From assembly GCA_009103225.1 (NCBI GenBank), contig RHPI01002069.1:62001-126000 (forward strand): a DNA stretch of 64,000 nt, written 5' to 3'. The DNA is from Chlorokybus atmophyticus. Lineage: Eukaryota > Plantae > Mesostigma and Chlorokybus algae. The notes under the pieces are model-generated. The model was not told the origin of the DNA, searched no databases, and was given only the letters and a program-made list of their open reading frames with translations. This document shows, one piece after another, positions 1 to 11,821 of the stretch. Position 1 is the first letter of the stretch. The number at the start of each line of letters is the position of its first letter. Made by a program: the position numbers and the translations under genes.

Positions 1-2578
1 GCAGTGCCCCTTCCCCATCTCCAGTGGGGAACGGCCTCAAGCATGACGAGGCAGTCAACGGCAACGACCAAGGTGAGGACATGAGCTGACTTGAGGTTTC
101 CCGTTGGTTCATGCCACTAGCGCTAGCTCGCGTGCATTGTTAAGCTAGCTGCCAGCACGGCAAGTTCTCTGCTATCCCCTGCAGGACAAACTTTGAGACT
201 TGGGCTTTGGTGCTGGTTGAATTTGTGGGCCTGAGGCACAAATGCTTCCAGGGTTGTCAACTCCTGTGTGGTGATTGTTGCAGTTTCTGTGGCAGAGCAG
301 AAGACTTCAGCACCATCTGAACCCCCGTTTCCAGCCAGCTACTACGTCCTGTCCAGCGATGACATGCTGGCCAACAACTACCCGCTGCCGCCAGAAAGCG
401 ACCAGCCTGACACTGCTGCATGCCTTCCAGGTAACGCCTTCTAACATGCCATCAACTGTACCAGCGCCATGGTGTCCTTGTGTGACTGATGTTGAGACAT
501 TGCTATTGGACTGGTTAGTGACAGGGTGATGGTTGTTGTACAGGCTTCGTTACAACGCGTCCAGCGTCAGCACCCATCCCGGAAAACAAAGCAATGGTGG
601 GGGTGGACTGCGAAATGGTAAGTTGTATAAACGTCCAACAGTCTACATGCTGTGTGTTTGATGTTCTTTGTGCCTAACGTGCACCACATTGGGTGCCAGT
701 GCTACACTGCACAAGGGTTGGAGCTTACGCGCTGTACTTTAGTGGATAAGAACGGCGAGGTAAGCTGATGGGTTGAGATCCAAGGGTTCGTTGTTGTGGC
801 TGCATAAGGTGGGTAGTGGCGCGTTAGGCACTTGAGACCTGATCAATTGGTCACTACAGGTTTTGTATGATGAGTTGGTGAAGCCAGCAAACCCAATCAA
901 GGATTACAACACAAAGTATGTTTCAAGCTGATATGTTTTTTTGGTGCGTCCTTGAAGCTTATCTATTAAGCTGATCTAATGATGCAATGCGCGTTCATGT
1001 TGGTAAGCGTGCCTTGTATCGTGTTGCACAGGTTTAGTGGCATCACCGCTGAGATGCTTGCTGATGTCACAACCACCATTGAGGATGTGCAGGTCAGCAG
1101 CTTTGTAGGTGATCATGTCAGCTGTCGCTTGATGCTGCCTTACAGGTCTGTGTGCATTGTCGTGCGTGAGTTCAAATGACTCAAGTGTACGCGCTGTGCA
1201 GAGGGCCTTTCTGGACCTTGTGCCTGCAGAGACGATCCTGGTGGGACACTCTCTGGAGAGTGATCTGTCGCAGATCAAGGTATGTCGCTTGCTGGTCACT
1301 AGGCATTCCTGGCCCCCTGAAGTGACATAGCTGACAAGTGGCCTGTGCTACAGCTGCATCATGCAAATGTTATTGACACGGCTCTTCTCTACTCACATCC
1401 ACGAGGACCACCGTACAAGGTAGGGCACAGTGTTCTGCCAGGCTGCAATGCCGAAGGATTGTCTCATAGTATCTGTGGGCTTGCGTGCACACGTGCTCAG
1501 TTCTCCTGGGATTGAATCAATGCTCTTCATGTTACGTGGGACAGTTGGGACTTCGTGTGCTGACGGATCGGTTTCTAAGGCGCCACATACAAGGCAAAGG
1601 CGGGCATTGCAGCATAGAAGATGCTAAAGCAGCTATTGATTTGGCAAACTTGAAGATTCAGCATGGTTGGTGGCATGGCCGTGGGCAGCCAATGTTTGCA
1701 GCCAAAGCTTATGGAGCGCTAATCATTGTTGCTGATTATATCGGCAGGCCCTGCTTTTGGTGACTCTATAGAACGACCTGGTGAAAATCTCTTTGAGTAC
1801 TTGGCCCGGTACAAGCGTCGGTGTTCCTACCTTGACAGACCAAGGTACCGCACGACACTCCCAAGATGTCAGTATCACCACGTCAGTAGCAAGAGCGCCT
1901 AGCAGCGTGTTCCAGCTCACTGACTTTCTGTCACTCAGGATGCTTCACAAATTCACTTCTGGCAGCGCCTCTGCAATTGTATGCAAGGACGATGCAGAGG
2001 TGAGGTCTTCATGCAAATGTGTGCTTGAGGACCAGACATATTGATAAAGCCAGCGCATTGATGGCCGGTTGGTGTGCACAGGTTGCTTCTAAAACAGCGA
2101 AAGAGGTTAGGAAGAGCGATATTGACTTTGTGTTTGCCAGGCTTGCGGAGCTGAGCAGCCATTATGAAGGTGAGCACTTGGGTTGTCAGCTACAACAACA
2201 TCATTTCAAAGTCACCATGTCAAATCACATCTTTTGCATGCTGCAGCTGTCGCGCGTTCAGGCAAACCAACAAGCATAGCTGCCAAAGAAGCCGCGCGCA
2301 AAACATGTAAAAGAAGGATAGCTTTGGACGCCACCCTGGAAAAGAATCTGCGGCAGCTGGATGGCCATATTGGTGCTGTGCATGAGGCGCTGCCGACCAA
2401 CACGCTGTTTATAATCGTTACTGGTCACGGAGATACGCCGCGTGTGCGGCAGTTGCTGGAGATGAAGTGGCGCAAGTCCATAGCTGACCCTGAGTGGAAT
2501 AGCACTCATGAGGCTGCGCTTGAGGTTGCCATCAGGCGTGCCACCACTGCTGTATCGTACGTGTCTATCAAGCAATGA
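1..2578 (+). CDS. DEDDh RNA exonuclease, REXO1/REXO5/SDN5-like (multi-exon, 5' part outside window)
   Basis: GT-AG exons splice to PFPASYYVLS..MLANNYP / AMVGVDCEM / CYTAQGLELTRCTLVD / [28 protein letters not shown] / ILVGHSLESDL / VIDTALLY / GHCSIEDAKAA and end ATTAVSYVSIKQ* at 2578. Exo I-III motifs are present. Confidence 0.9.
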
Positions 2579-3011
2579 TAGATTCTCACAGCACTGCATG
2601 TTTGCTCACACAGTGTTGAAGCATACCTACGAGTGCTCAATTGGCTGGAGTGCTTATGGATTGTTGCCGATGGGAGTTGTAATACAGAGAGGCCATTGTA
2701 CAGTTCAGGTATTGCAATGAACACTGCTATTGTACAGAAATGCGAGAGGGGTATGTGTTGGTGTTATTGCGGCAACACAATTAAGGACCGAGATGGGTCA
2801 CAGAATGTTGGTTGTGCAGTGTTTGTTTGCATATGGTAGCACAGAGGGGTTCACAAGGTAAGACAGCTGCATGAGCGTCGTGAGCTGCCTGCATAGGGTA
2901 TAAGTCAATCGACACACATGCAGTCATGCCGTGCCATGCTTAGCACGCCATCAGCCAGCAACACACTGCGCAGCCGGCAGCAAGCAACACATGCACGCCC
3001 TTTTCGGCAAC

Positions 3012-3266
3012 TTTCTAAGTGTGGCGCTGCTTGCTCAGGTGAGGAGCTGCTGCTTGCTGCTTCCCTCCTGCCTTGAGCGTGCAGCTGTAGGGCCCAGCGC
3101 ACTGATATCTTGCCTGTCTGCTTCTGGCACCAACACTAATTTGTAACACACCTACTCCCTAGCCCGTTTGCTTGGTTGCTTGTGTGTGCATTATTGTACA
3201 GCGCTTGCGGTTGCTTCTAGCTGCTAAGGTACTGCCCGTCTTGCCATTGTCATTGCATATGCATGT
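3012..3266 (+). repeat. Dispersed ~255-bp repeat, copy A (inverted copy at 28304-28560)
   Basis: Aligns by eye to the reverse complement of 28304-28560, e.g. tttctaa.tgtggcgctgcttgctcaggtgaggagctgctgct...gcatatgcatgt. Confidence 0.8.
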
Positions 3267-3907
3267 AATAGCTTAGGCTGAACATCACCATACTTCTCTT
3301 GTACACGCAATATGTACCAGCACGCAGCCGACACCATACACATTAATTACACACCCCCCGATGTCATGTCTAACAGGCAAGGCCTGATCACTCTCAGGCT
3401 GCTATGTAGACATCATGATTGTATGAAAGTTCAACTGCTTTGGTGGGTGCAGTACCTAAGTGGTTCGCTCATGCAGCCAATCCTTGAGCTCATGAGCCTT
3501 GAGCATGATGAACTGTACAAAGGGCATTGATAAGCAGCTTGCACAGAGCTGGTCAGTGTGCATATCCTTGCATAAGCATGCATGCCATCCGTCACTGTAG
3601 GTGAGAAGGTGTTGATGGCTCTTAAAAGCTCATGTATGGCCTGTGTGGCCAAGAGATTCATATGTGTCACCACAGGATGGGCAAATAGGCTTTTTAGCTC
3701 TCTCTTGTGGTCAAGTGTGAAGGCAACAGGGAGAAGTATCAAAGGCTCGACCAGCATGGTGTTGGGGGTCCAGTTGGACTCAACCTGGTGCTTACTAACT
3801 GTGAGTTTCGGGTGCTTGGGTTAACTGTTCAAGGGGCCTTCCTTACCCTCCTATGTGGGGCGTTTCTCGGTGGTTCACCTAGGTTTTTTGTGCTGTACCT
3901 TGGAGTT

Positions 3908-4050
3908 CACGCCTGTACTAAAGAAGAGGCGCCTACATGGGGATTTAAGGAGGTTTTATCTAGTAGTTGGCGCCTGCACTAAAGGAGAGGCGCCTGGCTA
4001 GGGGCTTGGGTGGTTTACATTATGGCGCCTGTGTTGAAGAAGAGGCGCCT
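3908..4050. repeat. Three 27-bp hairpin-forming direct repeats separated by unrelated 34- and 28-bp spacers
   Basis: 3908 cacgcctgtactaaagaagaggcgcct; 3969 ggcgcctgcactaaaggagaggcgcct; 4024 ggcgcctgtgttgaagaagaggcgcct. Confidence 0.75.
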
Positions 4051-5619
4051 CCCACTTCCTGCTACTGCTGGTAGTGTTGCTGGTGGTCTTCTTAATTGGT
4101 TCTGCCCTTGTGTATTGCTCAGAGTGCATGCACGTGTATGTGCATGCTGTAGCCTTATACACTATTGGTGTATGTGTATGCCTCCTATATGTTAAGGATG
4201 TGCATGGCCTGTGTGCAAGCACATTAGCCTTGCACATGTGTGGCTGCATCCTTCCAGGGGCATACTGCATGCTCACGCATGTGTGAGCCATTGTTAGCAC
4301 AGTCACAAGCTTAGGCGGCTACAGATAGAGAGTGGCTTGACCACCCCATTTGTGGTTCGTTACTGGCGACGATGCTATAAGGCTATTGCATTAGTGCACT
4401 TAGTGGTTTACATCACTGAGGTGGTGGTTGTGACACCCGGGGCCGCAAACTACTCAACTTATGCCAGTACATGCTGCCATGTGCAGTGGATATTGAGCAG
4501 TGGGCGGTGATGGGGATGAAGATGAAGAGGTAGTGTAACATATCTGAAAGTCCTTGATACAGGTATTAAGGACTGGCACCCAGCAATAAAAGTTACGTCA
4601 TCGGGCTTGCACCGTCTCGCCCTCCTACATTAGGATCCGGGGCAGTTGAGCAAAAGGTGGAGGCAGACGGTGGGTTGGTGGCTTGCAGAAGGGTTGCAGC
4701 AAGGACGATGCAAAGCGGTGCAATATATTGATGTGTATGCTCTGCCCCCGCTCCCCATGTACATGATGAGCAATTGCCTTGAATTGCAAAGAATGCACGT
4801 CTGAGCATGACGCGGTCAGCAAAAACACCGCACTGATGATGCACAATCACAATCTGGCAAATCCGTTGACGCGCCCTCGGGGCCACAGTTAACATCCCAC
4901 ACTTGTGACGTACACACCAATCCCTGTCAATGCTGCAAAGGAAATTCTTATGAAAGTCGAGTTGCCCGATGGCAACTTGTTTATTGTGGCGCTAGCTTGA
5001 GTATAGTTGAGCCCCTGGTTTTGTCGGCTGTGGCTTGTAGCCATCGGTGTCGCTGAGGGCCTGGCAAAATCATTGAGTGCCTCAATGTCTTTTATTATAA
5101 GAAGCTGCCACAAGTGTAAATTCCTCGCTGTATGCTTGCGCGCATGTTTTCGGCGCCCCAGGCAACTGCTCGATGACAAATGATGCCCTCAAGGCTAAGA
5201 CACATGTGCATTACCATTTCGCATTGTATGTACATGATGTGCACTGTAATGTGCTACCTCTTGCGAGGCCAGACAGAAATGCTGCATATCAGAGCAAGTT
5301 GGTTAATTGCTTGGAGCGCATGTACATTGTTTCTTCTTAGTCACCGGGTTGACTTGCACACTGCCTGTCAGGTGTACTATACACCTGCATCGCACGCGCT
5401 GCTTGTGATGACAGCTTTAATAGCCACTTTGAGTATTCCCATGCCGTCAGGCCTAACAACCATGCTTATATATCGCCTGCAGAAGCCATACAGCCAGAGT
5501 CAGTCATTTGATCAGCTGTCACTAACAAAGCCATTCGCCTACGAGTGCTGACAGTCCAAGGGCACTGCCATACTGCTCTCTGCTGGCCCAAAATGGCAGC
5601 CCAACAAGTACGCACCTGC

Positions 5620-8026
5620 TCAAAACTCGTCATGGTAGTACTCATCTTCATATGAGAGTGCGGTATGATAAAAGGTGTTAGGGTTGTTTTCCATCTCCGG
5701 CAGCGTGAGAACGCCATCATGGTTGTCATCCGCCTGAAGCACGTGCATCAACGCATATCAAGATAGGAACACCACTCGTTACCCCACGCAGCAACATGTT
5801 GATAGCGCAACAAGGCGTACCTCTTGCATGACATGCAAGGCTTGCTCTTTGGCGTAAAACTGCTCGCTAGGTTGCAAGATCTCCATCACTGGTATCAGCT
5901 CATCTGGCTGTATAAACCTGAGCCACACAGACAGCTGGTTGAGGACCACTCCATGACTTATGTGTAATAGTCAAGCCGGCATGTTTGCACATTACCCGTC
6001 CTTGTTAGAATCCAACAGCGTGAACTTTGTCTGCGTCTCCTTCGCGCTAACAGAGCGATGCGGATCATGCCAGTCATGCTCCTCGTCGTTATGCCGGTCA
6101 TGATGACCAGGATGATTCTCCGACCAAGCTTCACTGCCAGGGTGCCGATCCTACACAAAGATCCATTCAACTCATGATCAATGCCCTTGCAGGTGGCATG
6201 CCAAATCCTCAGTACAGTTTGGGGTGAGTCTCGAGTATATGATTTTAAAGGTGTGTGTGAGTGTCATGGAGCATTATTCATGCGAGCATGCAGTGTAGTA
6301 CCTCCTTGAAAGGCCAATCTGCAAGCTCGTAGGCCATTGTATCTTTGAATTCTTGGAGATTTAACTTGCCATCAAGGTCTGTGTCACGGTGCCTGCAGCA
6401 TTGAGAATGACAATCAGTTGGAGCCCTTCCCTAATTGTAACTAGAAAAGCAATGTACAGCACCTACTTTATTTCATTACGCCGAACCAAAGCTTCTAGCT
6501 TGGTGTTGTTGCTGTCCTCCGGGTGCAAGAAGCTGCAACACGTTATGTTGCATGAGCACCGCAGCAGTTGTGTCATGGCAAAAACCATGCAATGGTGAGG
6601 TGAATGATGCATAAAAAATACGTGTACAAGCAGCAAGCATTGGCCTGTTGACTTACTTCCTGAACTCTGTTACGTTCAGCCGGCCATTGTGATCTTCATC
6701 AGCAAGCTCAAAGGTTGTCTTTGAAGACTTTATCCATTCTGCATCCCAACCCAGACAGGGGTAACTTGCATTGCTTCCATATCAGACAGGGTTAACTTGT
6801 GTATGCTTGGGAACAGCAAGCACCTTCTTCCTCTGATAAGGGTGTGCTTTCATTGTCGGTGTGGTAAATGTACTCTATCAATGTCACATAACCATCGTGA
6901 TTGACGTCGTTGTTTTGCAGTTCTCTCCTGGTTCGCATGTGGCTGCTGCGAATGGAGTTGTCCACATGCCAATCGATCATCTCCTCGCCGCTGATGACGC
7001 CATCGTTGTCTTCATCAATCCTTGGGAACAGCACTTGTATCCGCTTCAACACGTCAAAGTGGTCCTCAAAGTCCTCATCCAGTCCATAGTGGTCCAACTC
7101 GTCCAAATCGTAATCGGCAGCTGCATCCCAATCATCCGCAGTGTCTGACTGCAAACAACCCTCATATTCAAGCAAGTGGCGACCGTCACAATTGTGATGT
7201 TGAGTTGCACGTGCTTGTGTTTAATAATGATCACTGCCACTTGTTCATCACCTCCTCATGGGGATCCCATTCGTGCTCATGCTCAGGTGTATGCCAGTCG
7301 TGATGGTCGTCATCTTCGCCGTGATGCTGTTCGTGCTGTTGGTGTCTCTCTTGTTGTTGCCGTTTTAGCAAAGCTTCGCGCGCCGTCAAAATTGGGTCAA
7401 ACTGGATGTGTTCTCGCTGCAGCAACCACAATGGGTGTACGACAAGCATGACATACAACAGGAAGTACATGACTACACAAAATGCATCTGCAACTGAAGA
7501 CAACCAACTCGGGCAGGCAACCACTTAGCATGCAGATTGGTTGGCGGCCCAAAGCTTACAAGTAAGGTGCTGAGTAAGCTGCGACTCTGTTGCTATTTTC
7601 GTAACGTAGGTTGACAGCAATTGCACAACATGAAGCGTATGTAGATAAGTCATGTACGCAGCCATGCAAGATATGTGTGCATAGTGCTTGTGTCAAACAC
7701 ACGCATGCATGCAGAGCACCAACGCAGAAGTGATATCTCAAAGTGACTTCAATGTATGACACAATGTCTTATCGTCTGAGCCATGTATCAAGCACCTTGG
7801 TTTCCGCTGTGGCCTCCCCCGAGGGCTTCTTGAGGTGGACGCTGCCGAGACGCCGTCCATGCCGCCTGCCAATGCCGCTCCGACTGCCCGCGCTGTCGGC
7901 ATGATACTGATCACCTGCCAGCCCACCAGCTCGCCCGGCATTGAGAGCGTTGTTGGCAAGCAGCACCAGCCCAAGCACCGCCACCACCCCAACCACCAGC
8001 AGAGCCTGCTTGGTCTGCACTGCCAT
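5620..8026 (-). CDS. Calumenin/reticulocalbin-like (CREC) multi-EF-hand ER protein
   Basis: N-terminal hydrophobic anchor MAVQTKQALLVVGVVAVLGLVLL. EF-hand loops DEDNDGVISGEE, DVNHDGYVTLIE, DEDHNGRLNVTE, DTDLDGKLNLQE, DSNKDG.., DDNHDGVLTLPE. C-terminus YEDEYYHDEF*. Confidence 0.88.
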
Positions 8027-8479
8027 CCTGCACGCTGCCACTTCAAGCTAATCCGGGTCAAGCTGTCATCGCTATCAGCAAGTATAACCCCGCATACCAC
8101 AGACAACCCCTGGCCGGCCCCGCCGTCCCCGTCGCCGACACCGACGACCACGACAACAACCACTGTAACAACCTTGCAGTGCAATGCGCAGGGCTTGCTG
8201 CGCAGTGCTTTCGGCAGTCAACTGAGGCAAAAGCAACCCTAACCTTCAAGCTTGGTTACTTGAGGTGCTGTGGCAGCGGCGGTGGAGGCGGCGATATTGC
8301 TGAGGTCGTTAGGCTTGCTGCTGGTGGCGTTCACAGATCTAGTGTGGAGCAGTTTGCTTGTGGAGCGGAGCTGGTCGTCCTGTCCTACTGTTGTTGTGAT
8401 GACGATGGTGATGATGTGACATGCTGCGAGGCTATTCAGTGTGCGGAGCGGCGCTGTCAGTAGGCGGCAGCAGCATGAA

Positions 8480-11400
8480 ATGTTGCCCAGGCAGCAGCGC
8501 AAGCCTCGTGGTAGGACTGGCCTTGCGTTGTATTGTGTGGTGCTGTTTTGTGCTGAAAGCAGTGCTCAAGCACGTGTGAACGGCTGTCTTACTCAGCAAT
8601 TATGGCTGTACATCTACATCTGCTTCAGAACCTCCTGTTGTGTGCGTGCATATGCATATGTGCCTGTGCCTGTGCAAGCACACATGCATGTGTGCTTGAG
8701 GAGGGATGGCTGTTGACTAAGTCACTACTACTCAACAACATAAAATTAGCTTTGCTGCTTGTGTTGGGATAGTACGTCAGGACATTGCACAACTGCCGCC
8801 ATCACTATGTCACCTCGTGTCGATTGTGATCCCCTCCCTCGTCCTGTCCTTGGGCAACCCTGCTGGTCACAACTCAATTTAAACCTGATTTAGCATGAGA
8901 TGGCGGGCCTCCCTCCCATCTAACAGATAGGAGGGAGGCTGAGCCGTTTTGCAGTCATCATAAAACCCTCATAGTGAGTCGTGCTTAGCAACTGTAGTGT
9001 TGTCATGTGTACAGCACTTGCTTCGGGGTCCATTTTGCCGCTATAGATGAGATTGAGCTGTGTGTAAGGCAGGCCTTGAGTTGTGCTACCATTGCATTGT
9101 TAGCAGCGTGGGTATGCCTTTTGGTTTACCTGCATTGCTTGCACATTGGAGCCACGTGGTAGATTTCCGTGTTGCTCCAATGTTGCTGGAATATTGTCTT
9201 GACACAGCTAGTGTTTTTACTGCACTTGCCCTTGCGAGGTGAGAACCAGGGCTCACAATCGGCTTCAAGTTGCATAACCCTGTCCATGTGCTTCAGGACA
9301 TGCAGCATCCCGCCATCTGTCTTCACCTTCAACAGATGGTGCGAGGATTTCTTCCCCTCAGTCAACAGTCATTGGAGTAAATGCAGGGGAGCTGCACACG
9401 GAAGTTCGCAGGTAATCAGATGGTCCGCGCACCTGCACATGGTCAACAACATCAACCTATGCGCGCGCGTATATGCACATGGGGTACCGACTGTAAATGT
9501 GGTGTGTGTCTTGTGACGGCAGGGTTAGATTCTGGAAGTTGATTGCCGCTGCTATTGGACTGATTTGCATAATTGGCGCCGCAGCGTTCTTTTCGTTCAG
9601 CACCCTATACGATTCTCAACACGGATATGTAAGTTCGCAGCACCTTGCACAGCACCACCATCAACTCGTATGCATATTGGTTGCAGTCAGTTGCTTTGAA
9701 GTGAAGCAGCTGAGCGATGCGCTAATGTCATCACCGTATCTCAGACCCGAAACAGCTCAGGCTACTACAACCAGTTAGAACAGCAGCACCCTCAGCAGGA
9801 GCCATTGCAGACACAAACTCGCAAGTACCAACAGCACGGCCTGCATTCATACATTGAGTTTGGATGCTACCGAACAGGTCCACAGAACTTCACTGCCGTT
9901 GGCTTGTCGCCTCTTGTGTTGCACGACGACAAGGATGCAACTGTCTGCTGGTGGCAGGTGAGCGTGATATTACTTAATGCTGTGTTGGGCACTGAGTGTG
10001 CTGATTGTTTCACACCATTCTTAAGCGAGAAGACCCTTGACGCCATGTTGACTAAAGCTCAGTTCTCATATGCAGGCAAACGATGGCCCAAAGGTAGATG
10101 GTCAGTTACGGTATTACTTCGTCGGCGAGCATCATGACCTCACGTATGAGGTGTTATACTTGGACTGCACATTGTCCACTGCCACAGCAGCGAGCGGAGG
10201 CAAGCTGTTCATGCGCATTGACAAGGTGCGTGCCCATTTCTGATTTAGACCATCGTGGCTGCTATACCCAGTGACGTGAGTTTGGTTTACTTCTTTTGTA
10301 AAGCCAACATACCAATGGTTGTCAGGAAGATGTCATGGTGCTGGAAGAGGAACCTGGGCAGCCATTGCTGCCAGGACCTGACGCAATCAAGTATGATGTG
10401 GCGTTCTGCGGAGCCCCGATGTACGGGCAGTTAGCGCCTCATAGAGTCGAAGAATGGCTTCAGTACCATCTGGCCGCAGGCATTCAACACTACATTTTCT
10501 ATGACGTTGGAGCTTGTCAAACCCCTGACATGGCGCAAGCACTAGCACCGCACATTGCTTCTGGTCAGTGCGTAACATGCCCTGTGCATGTGCTCGTTAC
10601 TCATCTGCACCAGCATCTGCTTCCTGCTTGCTGCTTAGGAGTGTTAAGGGGTATATGTTGTGAGTGTCTTGGAAAGCAGATTGACATATCACACCATTGC
10701 AGTATTGGCGTTGCAGGGTTGATAGAAGTGATCGACATGGCAGAGATGACTCAGTATGACGTGTGGGTCTATGCTCAGGTTGGCATACTCAGCACGATGT
10801 CATCCTTGCTAATTGAAATTAAGCTTGTCATGTGGCCAGCTGACAGCCCACACTTCTGCATGCCAGGTGCTGGCAGTCAACGACTGTGCGTACAGGACGC
10901 GCTTTATTGCCAAGTACACGGCATTCTGGGATTTTGACGAGTACATATGGCTTGAGCCACCTCTTTCGTCAGTCCTGTCTCTTGCTGAAGCTCACCAGAA
11001 CCCACCATGGATCACATTGGGTTCCATATGGTGGTCCATCGAGTTATGCCTAGAGGTAAAACTCAAGTCCCGTAAGCACCATGTAAACAGCATCATGACA
11101 ACACAATTTGTTGTGATGTCATGCGTGTGTGCTCTTTATTTCACCTGTGGTGTGGCAGCTTCGTGCATCAATTGGCATGTGGCCGCGTCAAACGACTGTC
11201 AATGACTATGGGCTGTGAAGCGTGTGCATGTCAACGAGCTTAATAGCCCAACCCCATGTCCATATACCGGGTGATTGACTCAAGTACCTGTCTGTGACAT
11301 TGTTTTGCAGGAGGGCGAGGATGCCTTGTGGGATGCAGAGCGCATGGTTTGGCGGTGGCCAGGTGCCTACTGTGCGTGGAAAGAGCGTTTTCCTTTAGAG

Positions 11401-11821
11401 TTGTGCCTCAGCTACTGGGGCCACCGCAAGTACATTGCGGATCCTCGACGTGTTCGCGCTCTGGAGATTCACCGTGCAGTGTGGCCTGCAAATGAGGTGC
11501 GTGGACACAACACAATGTGTTCCTTACCTTGGCGAAGCGCTCATCGAGTTGTGGCTGGTTGTGTTAGTATGCGCTAATTGGATGCTTGGCCTCAAGCTGT
11601 ACCATATGTCGCTGCAGGGTGTAGACCTGAAGACTGATGTGGCCTGGTTGAATCACTACAAAGGGATTACCGGCCATAGCGCCAATGTATGCACGCAGCT
11701 GCACAGCGAAGACTTCAGCCATGAATGGTGGCACAAAGACATGGCCATGCACGATTACGTCCAAGCTGTGCGCCTCGAGCAGAAGGAAACGCAGTTACCT
11801 GCTGCTGGTAGTCCAGCTTGA
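8480..11821 (+). CDS. GT92 glycosyltransferase, galactan beta-1,4-galactosyltransferase (GALS)-like
   Basis: Type II anchor (FWKLIAAAIGLICIIGAAAFF), then HSYIEFGCYRTGPQNFTAVGL, YDVAFCGAPMYG..RVEEWLQYH, AVNDCAYRTRFIAKYTAFWDFDEYI (DxD), RKYIADPR and LNHYKG. These match the GALS/DUF23 pattern. Confidence 0.85.

Noticed and set aside
3908-4050. True CRISPR array
   Set aside because: Only three imperfect repeats, uneven spacers, eukaryotic context and no cas genes; kept only as a repeat curiosity.
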